A DNA stretch of 64,000 nucleotides from Minisyncoccia bacterium (GTDB lineage Bacteria > Patescibacteriota > Minisyncoccia > Phycocordibacterales > UBA5272): positions 2,978 through 66,977 of the forward strand of contig JBBQKQ010000002.1 in NCBI GenBank assembly GCA_038326985.1, written 5' to 3'. The position numbers and the translations under genes are program-made. Of this stretch, positions 10,091 through 20,319 are shown one piece after another; the first letter of the stretch is position 1; every line of letters begins with the position of its first letter. The notes under the pieces are model-generated. The model made no database searches, was not told where the DNA came from, and saw nothing but the letters and a program-made list of their open reading frames with translations.

Positions 10091-11448
10091 ATAATTCTGG
10101 TATAATGTGTTCCATGAAAGTAAAAGAGTTAAAAGACTTTTGTAAAAAACAAATTATAAAGGTTTTAGCTTGGGAGTCAAAAAAAATTTTGGATAAGTTT
10201 CAACCTAAGATAATAGGTATTACGGGAAACGTTGGTAAGACAACAACCAAAGATTACATTTACACTGTTTTAAAAACAAAATATGGTGCCAAAGTTTTAG
10301 AATCCAAAAATTCTCAAAACTCAGAGTTCGGAGTATGTCTAACTATTTTAAATAGCAAAAACCCTTGGAACAATCCATTTGCATGGATATATTTAATAAC
10401 TGTTAGATTCTTAAAAGTTTATTTCGGGAAAGTTTATTTTGAGGTTTTAATTTTGGAAATTGGTGCGGACCACAAAGGGGACATTAAACATATTACTAGT
10501 TTTGTAAAACCAGACGTAGTTGTTCTAACTGCTTTTCAAGACAAGCCAAGTCATGGTGAGTTCTTCAAAAATCTTGAAGAACATGTTCGAGAGAAACAAT
10601 ATCTAGTTGATGTTTTAAAAGATGATGGAATTTTGTTATTTAATAATGAAGATAAAATTTTAAAAAATTTAGTAAGATCTGACCACAATTCTTTTTCATA
10701 CGGAAAACGCGCAGGGTCTATTGTAGAAATTTTAGGTGTCCATGATTTTTATGAAAATGACAAAGTTATGGGTGTAAAAGTTATTTTAAAACAAAATCTT
10801 ACAGAAGAACTGGGAATAACCGAAATAATTTTACGGGGAGTTTTAGGAGAAGCTCATGGATACTCCGTTGCTGCATCAGTGCTAATAGGATTTATCGAAC
10901 AAATGGAAAAAAAGGAAATAGAAATGAGCTTTGACGATATGGGTGAAGACTCGCTAGCTAAAAGTAGAATGAGAATTTTACAAGGAATAAACGACTCAAT
11001 AATAATTGATGATTCATATAATGCCTCCCCAGACGCTTACAAAAATGCCTTAAATTCTCTTGCAAATATTGAAACTAAAGCACGAAAAATTGTTGTTCTT
11101 GGACATATGGCTGAACTAGGAGAAAACACTGAAACAGCGCACATTGAAGCTGGAAACTTGGCTGGAAAAGTGGCTGATGCGGTTATTATTTCAGGCAAAC
11201 ACCAAGACTACTTTCTTATGGGCTTAGAACAATCTGGTTTCCCTATGGAAAATTTAAGGTTGGCTAAAAATGCTGATGAAGTTTATAAAATAATTTTTGA
11301 AAATAATTTATTAGAAAGTGGTGACGTTATTTTGGTGAAAGGTTCCCAGTCAGCAAGACTTGAAAGAGTTGTGGTAAAGTTGTTGTCCAATAAAGAAGAT
11401 AGTAAGTTTGTATGCAGACAAAATAAAGAGTGGAAGAAAAGATCTTAA
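10081..11448 (+). CDS. murF: UDP-N-acetylmuramoyl-tripeptide--D-alanyl-D-alanine ligase
   Basis: Mur ligase P-loop IIGITGNVGKTTTKDYI, the MurF-type DDSYNASPDA motif, and position next to ddl. Confidence 0.8.
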   Translation: MVIDNSGIMCSMKVKELKDFCKKQIIKVLAWESKKILDKFQPKIIGITGNVGKTTTKDYIYTVLKTKYGAKVLESKNSQNSEFGVCLTILNSKNPWNNPFAWIYLITVRFLKVYFGKVYFEVLILEIGADHKGDIKHITSFVKPDVVVLTAFQDKPSHGEFFKNLEEHVREKQYLVDVLKDDGILLFNNEDKILKNLVRSDHNSFSYGKRAGSIVEILGVHDFYENDKVMGVKVILKQNLTEELGITEIILRGVLGEAHGYSVAASVLIGFIEQMEKKEIEMSFDDMGEDSLAKSRMRILQGINDSIIIDDSYNASPDAYKNALNSLANIETKARKIVVLGHMAELGENTETAHIEAGNLAGKVADAVIISGKHQDYFLMGLEQSGFPMENLRLAKNADEVYKIIFENNLLESGDVILVKGSQSARLERVVVKLLSNKEDSKFVCRQNKEWKKRS

Positions 11449-11466
11449 AGTTTTGTAATAAATAAA

Positions 11467-12327
11467 ATGAAAACTTCAAAACTAACATTTATTTACGGTG
11501 GTCCTGGTGAAGAGCACGAAGTTTCTGTAAAATCATTTCAAAATATTTATGAGACTGCAAAGCAGAATACTCAATATGAAATAAATACTATTTTTGTAGA
11601 TAAAAAAGGTAAGTGGGACAACAAGAAAAAGTTTGATAAAAAAGAGATTGTCTGGCCAATTATACATGGCAAATTTGGTGAAGATGGGCAAATCCAAAAA
11701 ATTTTGGAACAACAAAAAATAAAATTTATTGGCAATTCAAAAACTTGTTCCGAGCTAACAATAGATAAAGTGAAAACACAAAAAATATTAGCTAAAAATA
11801 ATATCAAAGTTCCTAGAATTATTTTTTCAAAAGAAAATTTGAAAATCCCTATTATTATAAAACCTAGCAATAATGGTTCTTCGGTTGGGTTATTAAAATA
11901 TTCTCATGAAAATATTTTAATTCAAGAATGTATTTTAGGGAGAGAGTTTATTTGTGGAGTAATAAAAAAAGCTGATAAATTTATAGCGCTCACTCCAACC
12001 GAAATTGTTTTAGAAAAAAACCAAATTTTTGATTATCAAAAAAAGTACAATGATAAAACTGGAACTATAGAAATAACTCCACCAAAAAATTTAGATATAA
12101 AAATTTTAAAAAAAATACAAGATATGGCTTTAAAGGTACATAAAATGACAGGATGTCGAGATTATTCTAGGACAGATATGATTTTGAATAGTAAAAATCA
12201 ACTTGTAGTTTTGGAAATAAACTCGGTACCAGGTCTTACAAAAGCCAGTCTTGTACCTCAGCAGCTTTCAGCGAGCGGTTATACATTAAAAGAGTTTATT
12301 GATATAATGGTTAAAAATAATTCATGA
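11467..12327 (+). CDS. ddl: D-alanine--D-alanine ligase, short 286 aa form
   Basis: ATP-grasp motifs HGKFGEDGQIQ, KPSNNGSSVGL and LEINSVPGLT. Confidence 0.8.
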   Translation: MKTSKLTFIYGGPGEEHEVSVKSFQNIYETAKQNTQYEINTIFVDKKGKWDNKKKFDKKEIVWPIIHGKFGEDGQIQKILEQQKIKFIGNSKTCSELTIDKVKTQKILAKNNIKVPRIIFSKENLKIPIIIKPSNNGSSVGLLKYSHENILIQECILGREFICGVIKKADKFIALTPTEIVLEKNQIFDYQKKYNDKTGTIEITPPKNLDIKILKKIQDMALKVHKMTGCRDYSRTDMILNSKNQLVVLEINSVPGLTKASLVPQQLSASGYTLKEFIDIMVKNNS

Positions 12328-13610
12328 AAAAAGTATATTTCATTGGAATAGGTGGTATTGGTATATCTGCTCTTGCAAGATATTATTTATCAGAAGGTTG
12401 GCAGGTATTTGGAAGTGATGATAATGATAGTGAACTTATTCAAAATTTAATCAGAGAAGGTATTAAAATAAATATTGGAAGAAATGAGCAAAATATAAAT
12501 AAAGATTTTTCTAGAATAATTCATACAATTGCAGTAACAGAAGAAAATATTGAGCTACAGAAGGCGAGAGCTTTAGAAAGGGATAGTGGTCTAGAAGTCC
12601 TTACTTACCCAAAAGCACTTGGTGAAATGACGAAAGAAAGAAAAGTTATTGCAATTTGTGGAACACATGGAAAAACTACAACAACTGCTATGACATATTT
12701 TGCTTTAAAAAATGCTGGGATTGATGTTTCTATGATTGTGGGCTCACTGATAGAAGACCCTAAAAATGAAAACTTAAAAACAAATTGCGTTCACGGTAAA
12801 AGTGAATGGCTAATTATTGAAGCTTGTGAGTACAGAAGAAGTTTTTTAAATTACACCCCTGATATAATTTTAGTAACAAATATAGACAATGACCACTTGG
12901 ATTACTTTAAAGACCAAAAAGATATAAATAATGCCTTTCAAGAATTTGTAGATAAGATTAAAAAAGGTGGAACTTTGGTTTTACATAAAAAAGATGAAGA
13001 GAAATTAAATTTTGATAGTAAATATATAGCAGAAGATTTTTCAAATGAAGATGAAATTGACTTACAAGTTCCAGGTATACACAATAGGAAAAATGCGCAG
13101 TTAGTCATTGCACTAGGCACAGTTTTAAAGTTAGATAAAAATAAAATTTTAGAAGGATTGAAAAATTTTAAAGGAACCTGGAGAAGACAAGAATATAAGG
13201 GAAATTTTTATGGCATAGATTTTTATGATGATTATGCTCATCATCCTACAGAGTTAAAAGCAACTTTGCAGGCTTTCCGGGAAAAGTTTCCCCTAAAGAA
13301 TATTGTTGGACTTTTCCAACCTCATCTATATTCTCGAACAAAAATACTTTTTAATGATTTTGCAGATTCATTTACTGATAGTGACAAAGTATTTATTTTG
13401 CCTATTTATGCTGCAAGAGAAAAATTTGATGGGACAATAAATAGTGAGATGTTAGTAAAAAAAATTGGAGATAAAGCAGATAACACAAATAATATAGAAG
13501 AGTTTGTTGAAAAAATTAAAAACAAACAAGTTAATATACTAAAAAATGCTGATGTTATAATAACTATGGGAGCAGGAGATATAAAAGATATATATAAATA
13601 TTTAAAATAA
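12324..13610 (+). CDS. murC: UDP-N-acetylmuramate--L-alanine ligase
   Basis: N-terminus YFIGIGGIGISALARYY, P-loop AICGTHGKTTTTAM, and the DDYAHHPTE motif. Confidence 0.85.
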   Translation: MKKVYFIGIGGIGISALARYYLSEGWQVFGSDDNDSELIQNLIREGIKINIGRNEQNINKDFSRIIHTIAVTEENIELQKARALERDSGLEVLTYPKALGEMTKERKVIAICGTHGKTTTTAMTYFALKNAGIDVSMIVGSLIEDPKNENLKTNCVHGKSEWLIIEACEYRRSFLNYTPDIILVTNIDNDHLDYFKDQKDINNAFQEFVDKIKKGGTLVLHKKDEEKLNFDSKYIAEDFSNEDEIDLQVPGIHNRKNAQLVIALGTVLKLDKNKILEGLKNFKGTWRRQEYKGNFYGIDFYDDYAHHPTELKATLQAFREKFPLKNIVGLFQPHLYSRTKILFNDFADSFTDSDKVFILPIYAAREKFDGTINSEMLVKKIGDKADNTNNIEEFVEKIKNKQVNILKNADVIITMGAGDIKDIYKYLK

Positions 13611-13613
13611 TTT

Positions 13614-14975
13614 ATGAAAAAAATTAAAACTAAATTTTTTGAAAATAAAAAAGTGTTACTAGTAGGATTAGGAATTTTAGGTGGAGGAACTTCAATGGCA
13701 AAGTTTATAATTGACGAAGGAGGAGAACTTACAATCACAGACCTTAGAAATGAAGAACTACTTAAAAAAGAAATTGACATAGTTTATAAATATGCAGAAA
13801 GGAAAAGTACCAAAGTAAAATTTGTTTTAGAAAAACATGAGCAGGTTATTTTTGATGATTCAAACGTAGTAGTATTTAACCCTGCAGTTCCATATTTCTC
13901 AAAATGGCCACAATATTGTATAGAAATAAAAAAAGAACATTACAATGATTTTACTTTATTTCAGGAATATCTAAATTGGCGAAATTGCACCTCAAAACAA
14001 ATATGGATTACTGGAACCCGAGGTAAAACAACTACTACGGACTGTATTTGGCAGCTCATGGGAAAAGACGCTGTCATTGGGGGTAATGTATTGGGTAATG
14101 GATTACAGAAAATATGTACACAGAACCCCAAATTTTTCGTACTGGAAACAAGTAATTTTCAACTTGAGTATCCAGTTTTAAATCAACAAATAATACAACC
14201 TGAAATTGCTGTATTAACCAATATATTTACTGACCATATAAATAGGCATAAAACACAAGAAGAATATGCAAGAGTCAAAAACCTTATTTATTCCTATAAC
14301 AAAAATTGTATATTATTTTTAAATAAAAAAGAAGGAAGTATAGAAAATATTTGGAAAAATAATTTACATGAGAATATAAAATTTATTTCTGAATATGAAA
14401 ATAATAAACTAAAAAATATTAAAGAGTTTTCACAAAATCAAATGCTTGCACTGTCTTTTGCAGTCTCAATCGCAAATCATATTGGAGTAAATGAAAAAGA
14501 TTTAAATAATAGAATTAAAACTCTCAAGTTACCCAAAATGCGACAAGAAATCATTTTTCAAAATAAAAATTTTAAAATAATAAATGACAGTGCTGCGACT
14601 AGCCCAGACGCACTTATTTCTTGTATCAATAGTTTTCCCGACGCGATATTTATCAGTGGCGGCACTAATGCGGAGCTTAACTTTGAAGAATTGGCAAAAA
14701 CAATTCTTGATAAAAACTTAGTTGTAAAAAAACAAATATTTTTCTTAAAGGGTACTGCTACAGTGGAGATTTTAAAAATTTCGAATATTGATGATAAAAA
14801 CAATCTAGTTTTTGACAATTTTGAAAAGATTTTTGAAAAAATAATTACCCTAAAATCAAAAAAGCAAATCACAATAATACTTTCTCCTGGGGCTAAAAGC
14901 TTTGGATTATTTAAAAATGAGTACGACAGAGGGGAAAAATTTAACAAAGCAGTAAAGAAAGCTTTTAAAGTATAA
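13614..14975 (+). CDS. murD: UDP-N-acetylmuramoylalanine--D-glutamate ligase
   Basis: N-terminal Rossmann region VLLVGLGILGGGTSMAKFI, P-loop ITGTRGKTTTT, and the INDSAATSPDA motif. Confidence 0.75.
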   Translation: MKKIKTKFFENKKVLLVGLGILGGGTSMAKFIIDEGGELTITDLRNEELLKKEIDIVYKYAERKSTKVKFVLEKHEQVIFDDSNVVVFNPAVPYFSKWPQYCIEIKKEHYNDFTLFQEYLNWRNCTSKQIWITGTRGKTTTTDCIWQLMGKDAVIGGNVLGNGLQKICTQNPKFFVLETSNFQLEYPVLNQQIIQPEIAVLTNIFTDHINRHKTQEEYARVKNLIYSYNKNCILFLNKKEGSIENIWKNNLHENIKFISEYENNKLKNIKEFSQNQMLALSFAVSIANHIGVNEKDLNNRIKTLKLPKMRQEIIFQNKNFKIINDSAATSPDALISCINSFPDAIFISGGTNAELNFEELAKTILDKNLVVKKQIFFLKGTATVEILKISNIDDKNNLVFDNFEKIFEKIITLKSKKQITIILSPGAKSFGLFKNEYDRGEKFNKAVKKAFKV

Positions 14976-15045
14976 AGTTTTATCAAAAAAGTTATCCCCA
15001 AGTTATAAACATTTAGGGAGATTTTTTAGTTGCAAAGTTTCACGA

Positions 15046-15080
15046 GTGGGTTAAACTGGGAAAAGGTGGGGGAAAGTGGA
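15046..15080 (+). promoter_or_regulatory. Putative MraZ operator: four GTGGG-like boxes on an exact 10 bp period, upstream of mraZ
   Basis: GTGGG 15046-50, CTGGG 15056-60, GTGGG 15066-70, GTGGA 15076-80. The spacing is the 10-bp-phased direct repeats known for MraZ binding sites. Confidence 0.5.
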
Positions 15081-15198
15081 TAAAGAATCTTGGAACTGTA
15101 AACGACGGTTTCTCAAAAATATACGCATACATATTTTAATAAACAATTCCTAAAATACTGTTCCAAGATTCTTTATCCAAGCCTTCACTACAAATAAA

Positions 15199-15633
15199 AT
15201 GTTAATTGGTCAATACACACATATATTAGACGATAAAAAGCGACTTGCTTTGCCAAATAAATTTAAAAGTTTACTTGGTAAAAAAGTTGTCCTTACTCGT
15301 GGTCTTGATACGTGTGTATTTGTTTACACAACAAAAGAATGGGATAAAATTGCAGAAAAACTCAGCTCTGGTTCCTTGGGCTCCAAAGATTCAAGAGACC
15401 TTAACAGGTTTTTTCTTTCAGGTGCTACAGAAGTAGAAGTAGATTCTGCGGGTAGAATTCTAATTCCTGAATACTTAAAAGAATTTGCGAAACTAACTGA
15501 AAAGGTTATTTTTGCTGGACTTTATAGTAGATGTGAAATTTGGAATGAAACTGAGTGGGAAAAAAAACAAGCAGACGTTTCTAACCGTGTAGATGATGTC
15601 GCAGCCAAACTCCAAGAAATAGGGATGATTTAA
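15199..15633 (+). CDS. mraZ: Transcriptional regulator MraZ
   Basis: N-terminus MLIGQYTHILDDKKRLALP with a duplicated DxxxR fold, followed by rsmH. Confidence 0.85.
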   Translation: MLIGQYTHILDDKKRLALPNKFKSLLGKKVVLTRGLDTCVFVYTTKEWDKIAEKLSSGSLGSKDSRDLNRFFLSGATEVEVDSAGRILIPEYLKEFAKLTEKVIFAGLYSRCEIWNETEWEKKQADVSNRVDDVAAKLQEIGMI

Positions 15634-15640
15634 TAAATTA

Positions 15641-16525
15641 TTGAATAATTTTATGCACTACTCAGTAATGAAAGAAGAATCGCTTAAATCACTTCAATTG
15701 GTACCTGGTCTTACTGTTGTTGACTGTACTGTAAATAGAGCAGGTCACGCGCTAGAAATAGCTAAACAAATTGGTGAAAGTGGAACCCTAATTATCTTTG
15801 ATCTTGATTTGCAAGCTTTAAACTTTTCAAAAGAAATTTTAGAAAATTTGCAAACTTGTCCAAAAATAATCGCAATTCATTCTAACTATAGAAATATAAA
15901 TACGGAATTACAAAAAGTTGAAATTGTGAAAGTTGACAGAATCTTTGCGGATCTAGGTTTGTCATCACAAGAAATTGACGAGTCAGGAAGGGGATTTACA
16001 TTTCAAAAGGATGAACCCATTCATATGACTTTTCAGTCAGAAATAGATGATAAAACTTTTACTGCCAAAGATTTGTTGAATAACCTAGATGCAAAAAGTC
16101 TTCAAAATATATTTGAAAATTATGGTGATGAAAAAAAAGCTTATAAAATCGCAAATGCAATTGTAAAATATAGGGCAGAAACTGGTGAAATAACCACAAC
16201 TACCGAATTAGTAAAAATAATTGAATCGGTAGTTAAGAGAAGTGGAAAATCGCACCCCGCAACTAAAATATTTCAAGCGATACGAATTGCAGTAAATGAT
16301 GAATATGATGGTATAAAAGAACTAATAAATGACGGGCATGAAATTTTAAACACTGGAGGAGTTATGTCAATAATTACTTTTCACTCTGGTGAAGATAGAA
16401 TTGTGAAAAATTTATTTAATGATTTAAATAAAAAGAACAACTTTAAAACAAAACCAAGTCAAAGTGAAATAAAAGAAAATAAAAGAAGTAGGAGTGCCAT
16501 GCTTAGAACAATAATTAAAATATGA
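15641..16525 (+). CDS. rsmH: 16S rRNA (cytosine1402-N4)-methyltransferase
   Basis: HYSVMKEESLKSL...VDCTVNRAGHA, DLGLSSQEIDESGRGFTF and HSGEDRIVKN motifs. Confidence 0.85.
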   Translation: MNNFMHYSVMKEESLKSLQLVPGLTVVDCTVNRAGHALEIAKQIGESGTLIIFDLDLQALNFSKEILENLQTCPKIIAIHSNYRNINTELQKVEIVKVDRIFADLGLSSQEIDESGRGFTFQKDEPIHMTFQSEIDDKTFTAKDLLNNLDAKSLQNIFENYGDEKKAYKIANAIVKYRAETGEITTTTELVKIIESVVKRSGKSHPATKIFQAIRIAVNDEYDGIKELINDGHEILNTGGVMSIITFHSGEDRIVKNLFNDLNKKNNFKTKPSQSEIKENKRSRSAMLRTIIKI

Positions 16526-16893
16526 AAGATATTAAAGTAAACAGAATTCCAAAAGTACCCGCTAAGATCCAGCCAAAAATAGAAAATTTATATTATAGAG
16601 AGAATAAAATAGAAGATAAAAATAAAAGTGAGAAAAATTTTCTCTCTAGTTTGTCTTATATTTTATTTGCTTTTATGACTGTGAGTGTTTTTACATATAT
16701 ATTTTTCGTTACTTCTACTTTTTACTATGCAATAAAAGAAAGACAAGTTTTAACATCAAAAAATAATATTAATCAAAATGAATTAGCAAATATTTTTGAG
16801 GAAAATAAAAAGTTTTTAGTAATTGAAAAAAGTAAAAATAGTAAAATTTCTTATATAAATGTAAATCAAGATATTTCCATTTCTTTGAAATAG
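16522..16893 (+). CDS. Small single-TM membrane protein in the FtsL position
   Basis: 123 aa with one TM helix, between rsmH and ftsI. Called by position and topology only, not sequence similarity. Confidence 0.35.
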   Translation: MKDIKVNRIPKVPAKIQPKIENLYYRENKIEDKNKSEKNFLSSLSYILFAFMTVSVFTYIFFVTSTFYYAIKERQVLTSKNNINQNELANIFEENKKFLVIEKSKNSKISYINVNQDISISLK

Positions 16894-16898
16894 AGTGC

Positions 16899-18641
16899 AT
16901 GAAAGAGATACGAATTAATGAAGGTCAGATAAAAATTCTTGGATTGGTTTCTGTAGTGGGAATTGCTTTTCTTTATTTAATTTTCTGCCTTTACAAAACC
17001 CAAATTACTAATCATTCTAAGTATTTGGAGAGTAGAAATGAGCAAAATCAGCTAATTGTTAATAATAGTAAAAGAGGGACTATTTATGGGACAAGAAAAG
17101 ATGGCGAATTATTACCACTTGCTGTGGATGAGCAAATTTATAAACTTGTAATTTCTCCTAAAAATATTCCTAAAAAAATTGAAGATTTTTATTTTGAAAA
17201 ATTGAGTCAAATATTGCCAGATTTAAAAAAAAATGATTTTTATGAAAAGGTAAGTAAAAAGAAAATTGTTTATGTGGAATTGGGAATTATTGATAAAAAA
17301 TTAGTTACAAAAATTGATGATCTAGCTCTTGAAGGTGTTTTTGTTGTAAAAGATTTTAAAAGAACTTACCCCATGAAGGACGTCGGAGCGCGATTTCTCG
17401 GTTTCGTTGGAGATGGGGAAGGTGGGATGATGGGTAGGTATGGTTTAGAAAAACAATATAATTCTCTTTTAACAGGAAATAATAGCACTTCAGTATCTTT
17501 TTTTCAAAAACTTTTACAGGATATTAATCTGGGAAGTGTCTCGAAGGATACTAATAAAAATGGAGATAATGATGGGAGTATAATAACAAGTATTGAGCCA
17601 AATGTACAAAACTTTTTACACAATCATTTATTGGATATGAAAGAACAGTGGGGTGCAGATTCGGTATCGGCTATTATTATTAAACCCTCATCAGGAGATA
17701 TTACAGCTATGGATACAGTACCAAGTTTTGACCCTAACAATTATAAAGATTTCGACATTTCACTTTTTAATAATCCTAATATTCAAGGAGTTTACGAACT
17801 TGGGTCGATTATGAAACCAATAACCATGAGTGGAGGTATACAAAATCGACTAGTTACTCCAGAGTCAACTTACCATGATTATGGATTTGTAAAGGTAAAT
17901 AATTTTACTATTTGGAATTTTGATCATAAAATTAGAGGAGAGCAAACGATGCAAGATGTCATAAATAATTCATTAAATACTGGTGCAGTTTATGTGGAAA
18001 ATTTACTAGGAAAAGAAAGATTTAAAAATAATTTTAACAATTTTGGTTTCGAAACTGTAACTGGAGTGGATTTCCCTGGTGAGAGTTACAATATTACCGA
18101 TAACCTGGAAAAAGGTAAAACTTCTGATGTTGACTATGCCACGGCAGCTTTTGGTCAAGGAGTGGCGATTACACCAATTTCCATGTTGCGTGCGCTTTCA
18201 ACCCTTGTAAATGCGGGAGTATTGGTGCAGCCAAAGTTTATAAAAAGTATTTTACACACAGATGGAAATATTGAATACGTAAATCCAAATTCTGAGAAAA
18301 AAGAAAATGTAGTTAGTTCGACCACTGCCAAAACTGTGGAAAATATGCTAGTAAATTTAATTGATGTTGGTTTGGCACATGGAAGGTTTAAAGACAAGTA
18401 TTATAAAGTGGGTGCAAAAACAGGGACTGCTCAGATTCCAAAAAAAGGAGGAGGTTACGAAACGGATAGGTTTATCCACTCATATTTTACTTTTTTAGGA
18501 GAAGGGGAAAATAGATACGCAGTATTGATATTTCAAGTAAACCCAAAGAGGGGAGCTCTTGCTTCGCTTACTTTAGCACCTCCAGCTACAAAGCTAAAAG
18601 ATTTTTTGATTTCTTATTACAATATCCCACCAGACAGATAG
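16899..18641 (+). CDS. ftsI: Penicillin-binding protein 2/3, peptidoglycan D,D-transpeptidase (FtsI-like)
   Basis: N-terminal TM helix and the transpeptidase motifs SIMK (SxxK), SLN (SxN) and KTGTA (KTG). Confidence 0.8.
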   Translation: MKEIRINEGQIKILGLVSVVGIAFLYLIFCLYKTQITNHSKYLESRNEQNQLIVNNSKRGTIYGTRKDGELLPLAVDEQIYKLVISPKNIPKKIEDFYFEKLSQILPDLKKNDFYEKVSKKKIVYVELGIIDKKLVTKIDDLALEGVFVVKDFKRTYPMKDVGARFLGFVGDGEGGMMGRYGLEKQYNSLLTGNNSTSVSFFQKLLQDINLGSVSKDTNKNGDNDGSIITSIEPNVQNFLHNHLLDMKEQWGADSVSAIIIKPSSGDITAMDTVPSFDPNNYKDFDISLFNNPNIQGVYELGSIMKPITMSGGIQNRLVTPESTYHDYGFVKVNNFTIWNFDHKIRGEQTMQDVINNSLNTGAVYVENLLGKERFKNNFNNFGFETVTGVDFPGESYNITDNLEKGKTSDVDYATAAFGQGVAITPISMLRALSTLVNAGVLVQPKFIKSILHTDGNIEYVNPNSEKKENVVSSTTAKTVENMLVNLIDVGLAHGRFKDKYYKVGAKTGTAQIPKKGGGYETDRFIHSYFTFLGEGENRYAVLIFQVNPKRGALASLTLAPPATKLKDFLISYYNIPPDR

Positions 18642-18658
18642 TATGGTAAAATATCATT

Positions 18659-19192
18659 ATGAAACTTTTACTCAAAAAATTAACTTTTAAAAATTTTGCA
18701 GTTTCAATTTTAGTATTTCTAATATACTTCAAAATATTTTTTATTCTTACAAACTATCAACAATTTATAGAGCTCTATAAATATTCTAATTCTTTTTTAA
18801 ATTTCTTTTCAAACTCATTAAGTTATTTTTTTATCTTTTGGTCATCTCTAAATTTTTTAACATACACTTTTAGTATTATCTTTTTTGCTTTTGTATTTCT
18901 ATTTATTCTAACATTTACAATTGCAAAAGCGGGCATGAAAAATATATTTAAAAAAGTTCATAAATATAATATAGTTGGTAGTGTGCTTTCTTTTTTTGGT
19001 TTTGGTTGTGTTGCTTGTGGACAGACACTACTTTACCCCATACTTCTTTTCTTGTTTACCAATGTTTCCGGAGCACTTGTAGAGTATGTGGGTAATTTTG
19101 CAATGTTTTTAGGAATTATATTTTTGTATTTTGGAATAAAACAAAATCTTGAATTAATCAAAATCGAAGATAAAAAAATATGTATTATTTAA
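18659..19192 (+). CDS. Hypothetical polytopic membrane protein
   Basis: Multiple hydrophobic helices and a conserved-looking GFGCVACGQT segment. No assignable family. Confidence 0.35.
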   Translation: MKLLLKKLTFKNFAVSILVFLIYFKIFFILTNYQQFIELYKYSNSFLNFFSNSLSYFFIFWSSLNFLTYTFSIIFFAFVFLFILTFTIAKAGMKNIFKKVHKYNIVGSVLSFFGFGCVACGQTLLYPILLFLFTNVSGALVEYVGNFAMFLGIIFLYFGIKQNLELIKIEDKKICII

Positions 19193-19833
19193 ATAATCCA
19201 AAAAAATTAATTGCCTACAGTATTATTTTTATAATTGGATATTTTTTAGGAGACAAAACAATTCAAAACTTTTCTTTAGACAACTTAAAAATCACCCTTA
19301 GTCCCTCTAATCAGACCCCTTCTAGCCTCCCCTTGGATAAGGGGAGGGACCTCATTGCAACTAGTACAAAATATATTGTAAATTATGTTGTAGATGGTGA
19401 CACTATTCATGTAAAAAATGAAAATGGCGTTGAGACTAAAGTAAGACTTTTAGCAGTAAATACTCTTGAGCTTCATGCAACGAGCTCAAGAGAAAAATGC
19501 TTAGCAGAACAAGAAAAACAGTTCACTAAACAAAACCTTCTAGGAAAAGAGGTTGTTTTAACAGCTGATCCCACTCAACCAAAACTTGATAAATATGGTC
19601 GAAGTTTGTTTTATATTAGCCTCACCCCACCTCGAAACGATGGCAAGGGTACACTTGAAGCGAAGCAAGAGGGAGAAGAGCAAACCTTTAATGAATTATT
19701 GATGAAAACTGGAAATGCGAAAATTTATAAGTCTTCACCACCTGCACAAATGTATACAAAATATTTAGATTTACAAAATCAAGCAATTCAAAGTCGTGTT
19801 GGTATTTGGGACCCGACAAATTGCAAATTATAA
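19180..19833 (+). CDS. Thermonuclease (staphylococcal nuclease, SNase)-like secreted or membrane-anchored nuclease
   Basis: N-terminal TM helix and an SNase core: YVVDGDTIHV...KVRLLAVNTLE...DKYGRSL. Carries in-frame palindromic repeat copy b. Confidence 0.7.
   Translation: MYYLNNPKKLIAYSIIFIIGYFLGDKTIQNFSLDNLKITLSPSNQTPSSLPLDKGRDLIATSTKYIVNYVVDGDTIHVKNENGVETKVRLLAVNTLELHATSSREKCLAEQEKQFTKQNLLGKEVVLTADPTQPKLDKYGRSLFYISLTPPRNDGKGTLEAKQEGEEQTFNELLMKTGNAKIYKSSPPAQMYTKYLDLQNQAIQSRVGIWDPTNCKL
19314..19348 (+). repeat. Palindromic repeat family copy b, in-frame inside the SNase-like gene
   Basis: GACCCCTTCTAGCCTCCCCTTGGATAAGGGGAGGG, translated as TPSSLPLDKGRD. Confidence 0.8.
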
Positions 19834-19854
19834 ATTAAAGAACATACTTTCAAT

Positions 19855-20265
19855 ATGAAAAAAATAATAAAATATTTTATATCATTTATATCAATTCTAT
19901 TGATTGTGCTGGCTGTAAGAATACACTATTTTGACTCAAGCCCGAGAAATTTAATCACTTTTTCTGGCTCAGGATTTGAACCAGGTTTTTATTTTAGTAT
20001 ATCTACTGAAGACGCAAAAACTGCGGCATTTTCTATGACTACTCAAGAGGGAAATAAATATGTAGGATCATTAAATGTAAAAAAGTTTGAGGATCAAGAA
20101 AAAAATTTTTCAGGGAATGTAAACGATATTGAAAATAATAAAGTTAGTGTAGAAATAAATATTATTAAAAAAGATTGTGGGGAACCCAGTGGAAAATTTG
20201 CCCCTTACACTATAACCCTAAAAATAGGGAAAATACTTTGGAGTGGATGTGCTACACAAAAATAG
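19855..20265 (+). CDS. Hypothetical small secreted or membrane-anchored protein
   Basis: N-terminal hydrophobic helix and a C-terminal Cys pair. No family assignable. Confidence 0.35.
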   Translation: MKKIIKYFISFISILLIVLAVRIHYFDSSPRNLITFSGSGFEPGFYFSISTEDAKTAAFSMTTQEGNKYVGSLNVKKFEDQEKNFSGNVNDIENNKVSVEINIIKKDCGEPSGKFAPYTITLKIGKILWSGCATQK

Positions 20266-20295
20266 AAATCTATATTTTTAGAATTTTTAAAACCG

Positions 20296-20304
20296 TGATA
20301 TAAT
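20296..20304 (+). promoter_or_regulatory. Extended -10 element TGATATAAT for tRNA-Leu
   Basis: TGnTATAAT located 16 nt upstream of the tRNA 5' end. Confidence 0.35.
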
Positions 20305-20319
20305 CATCATCACCAATAT

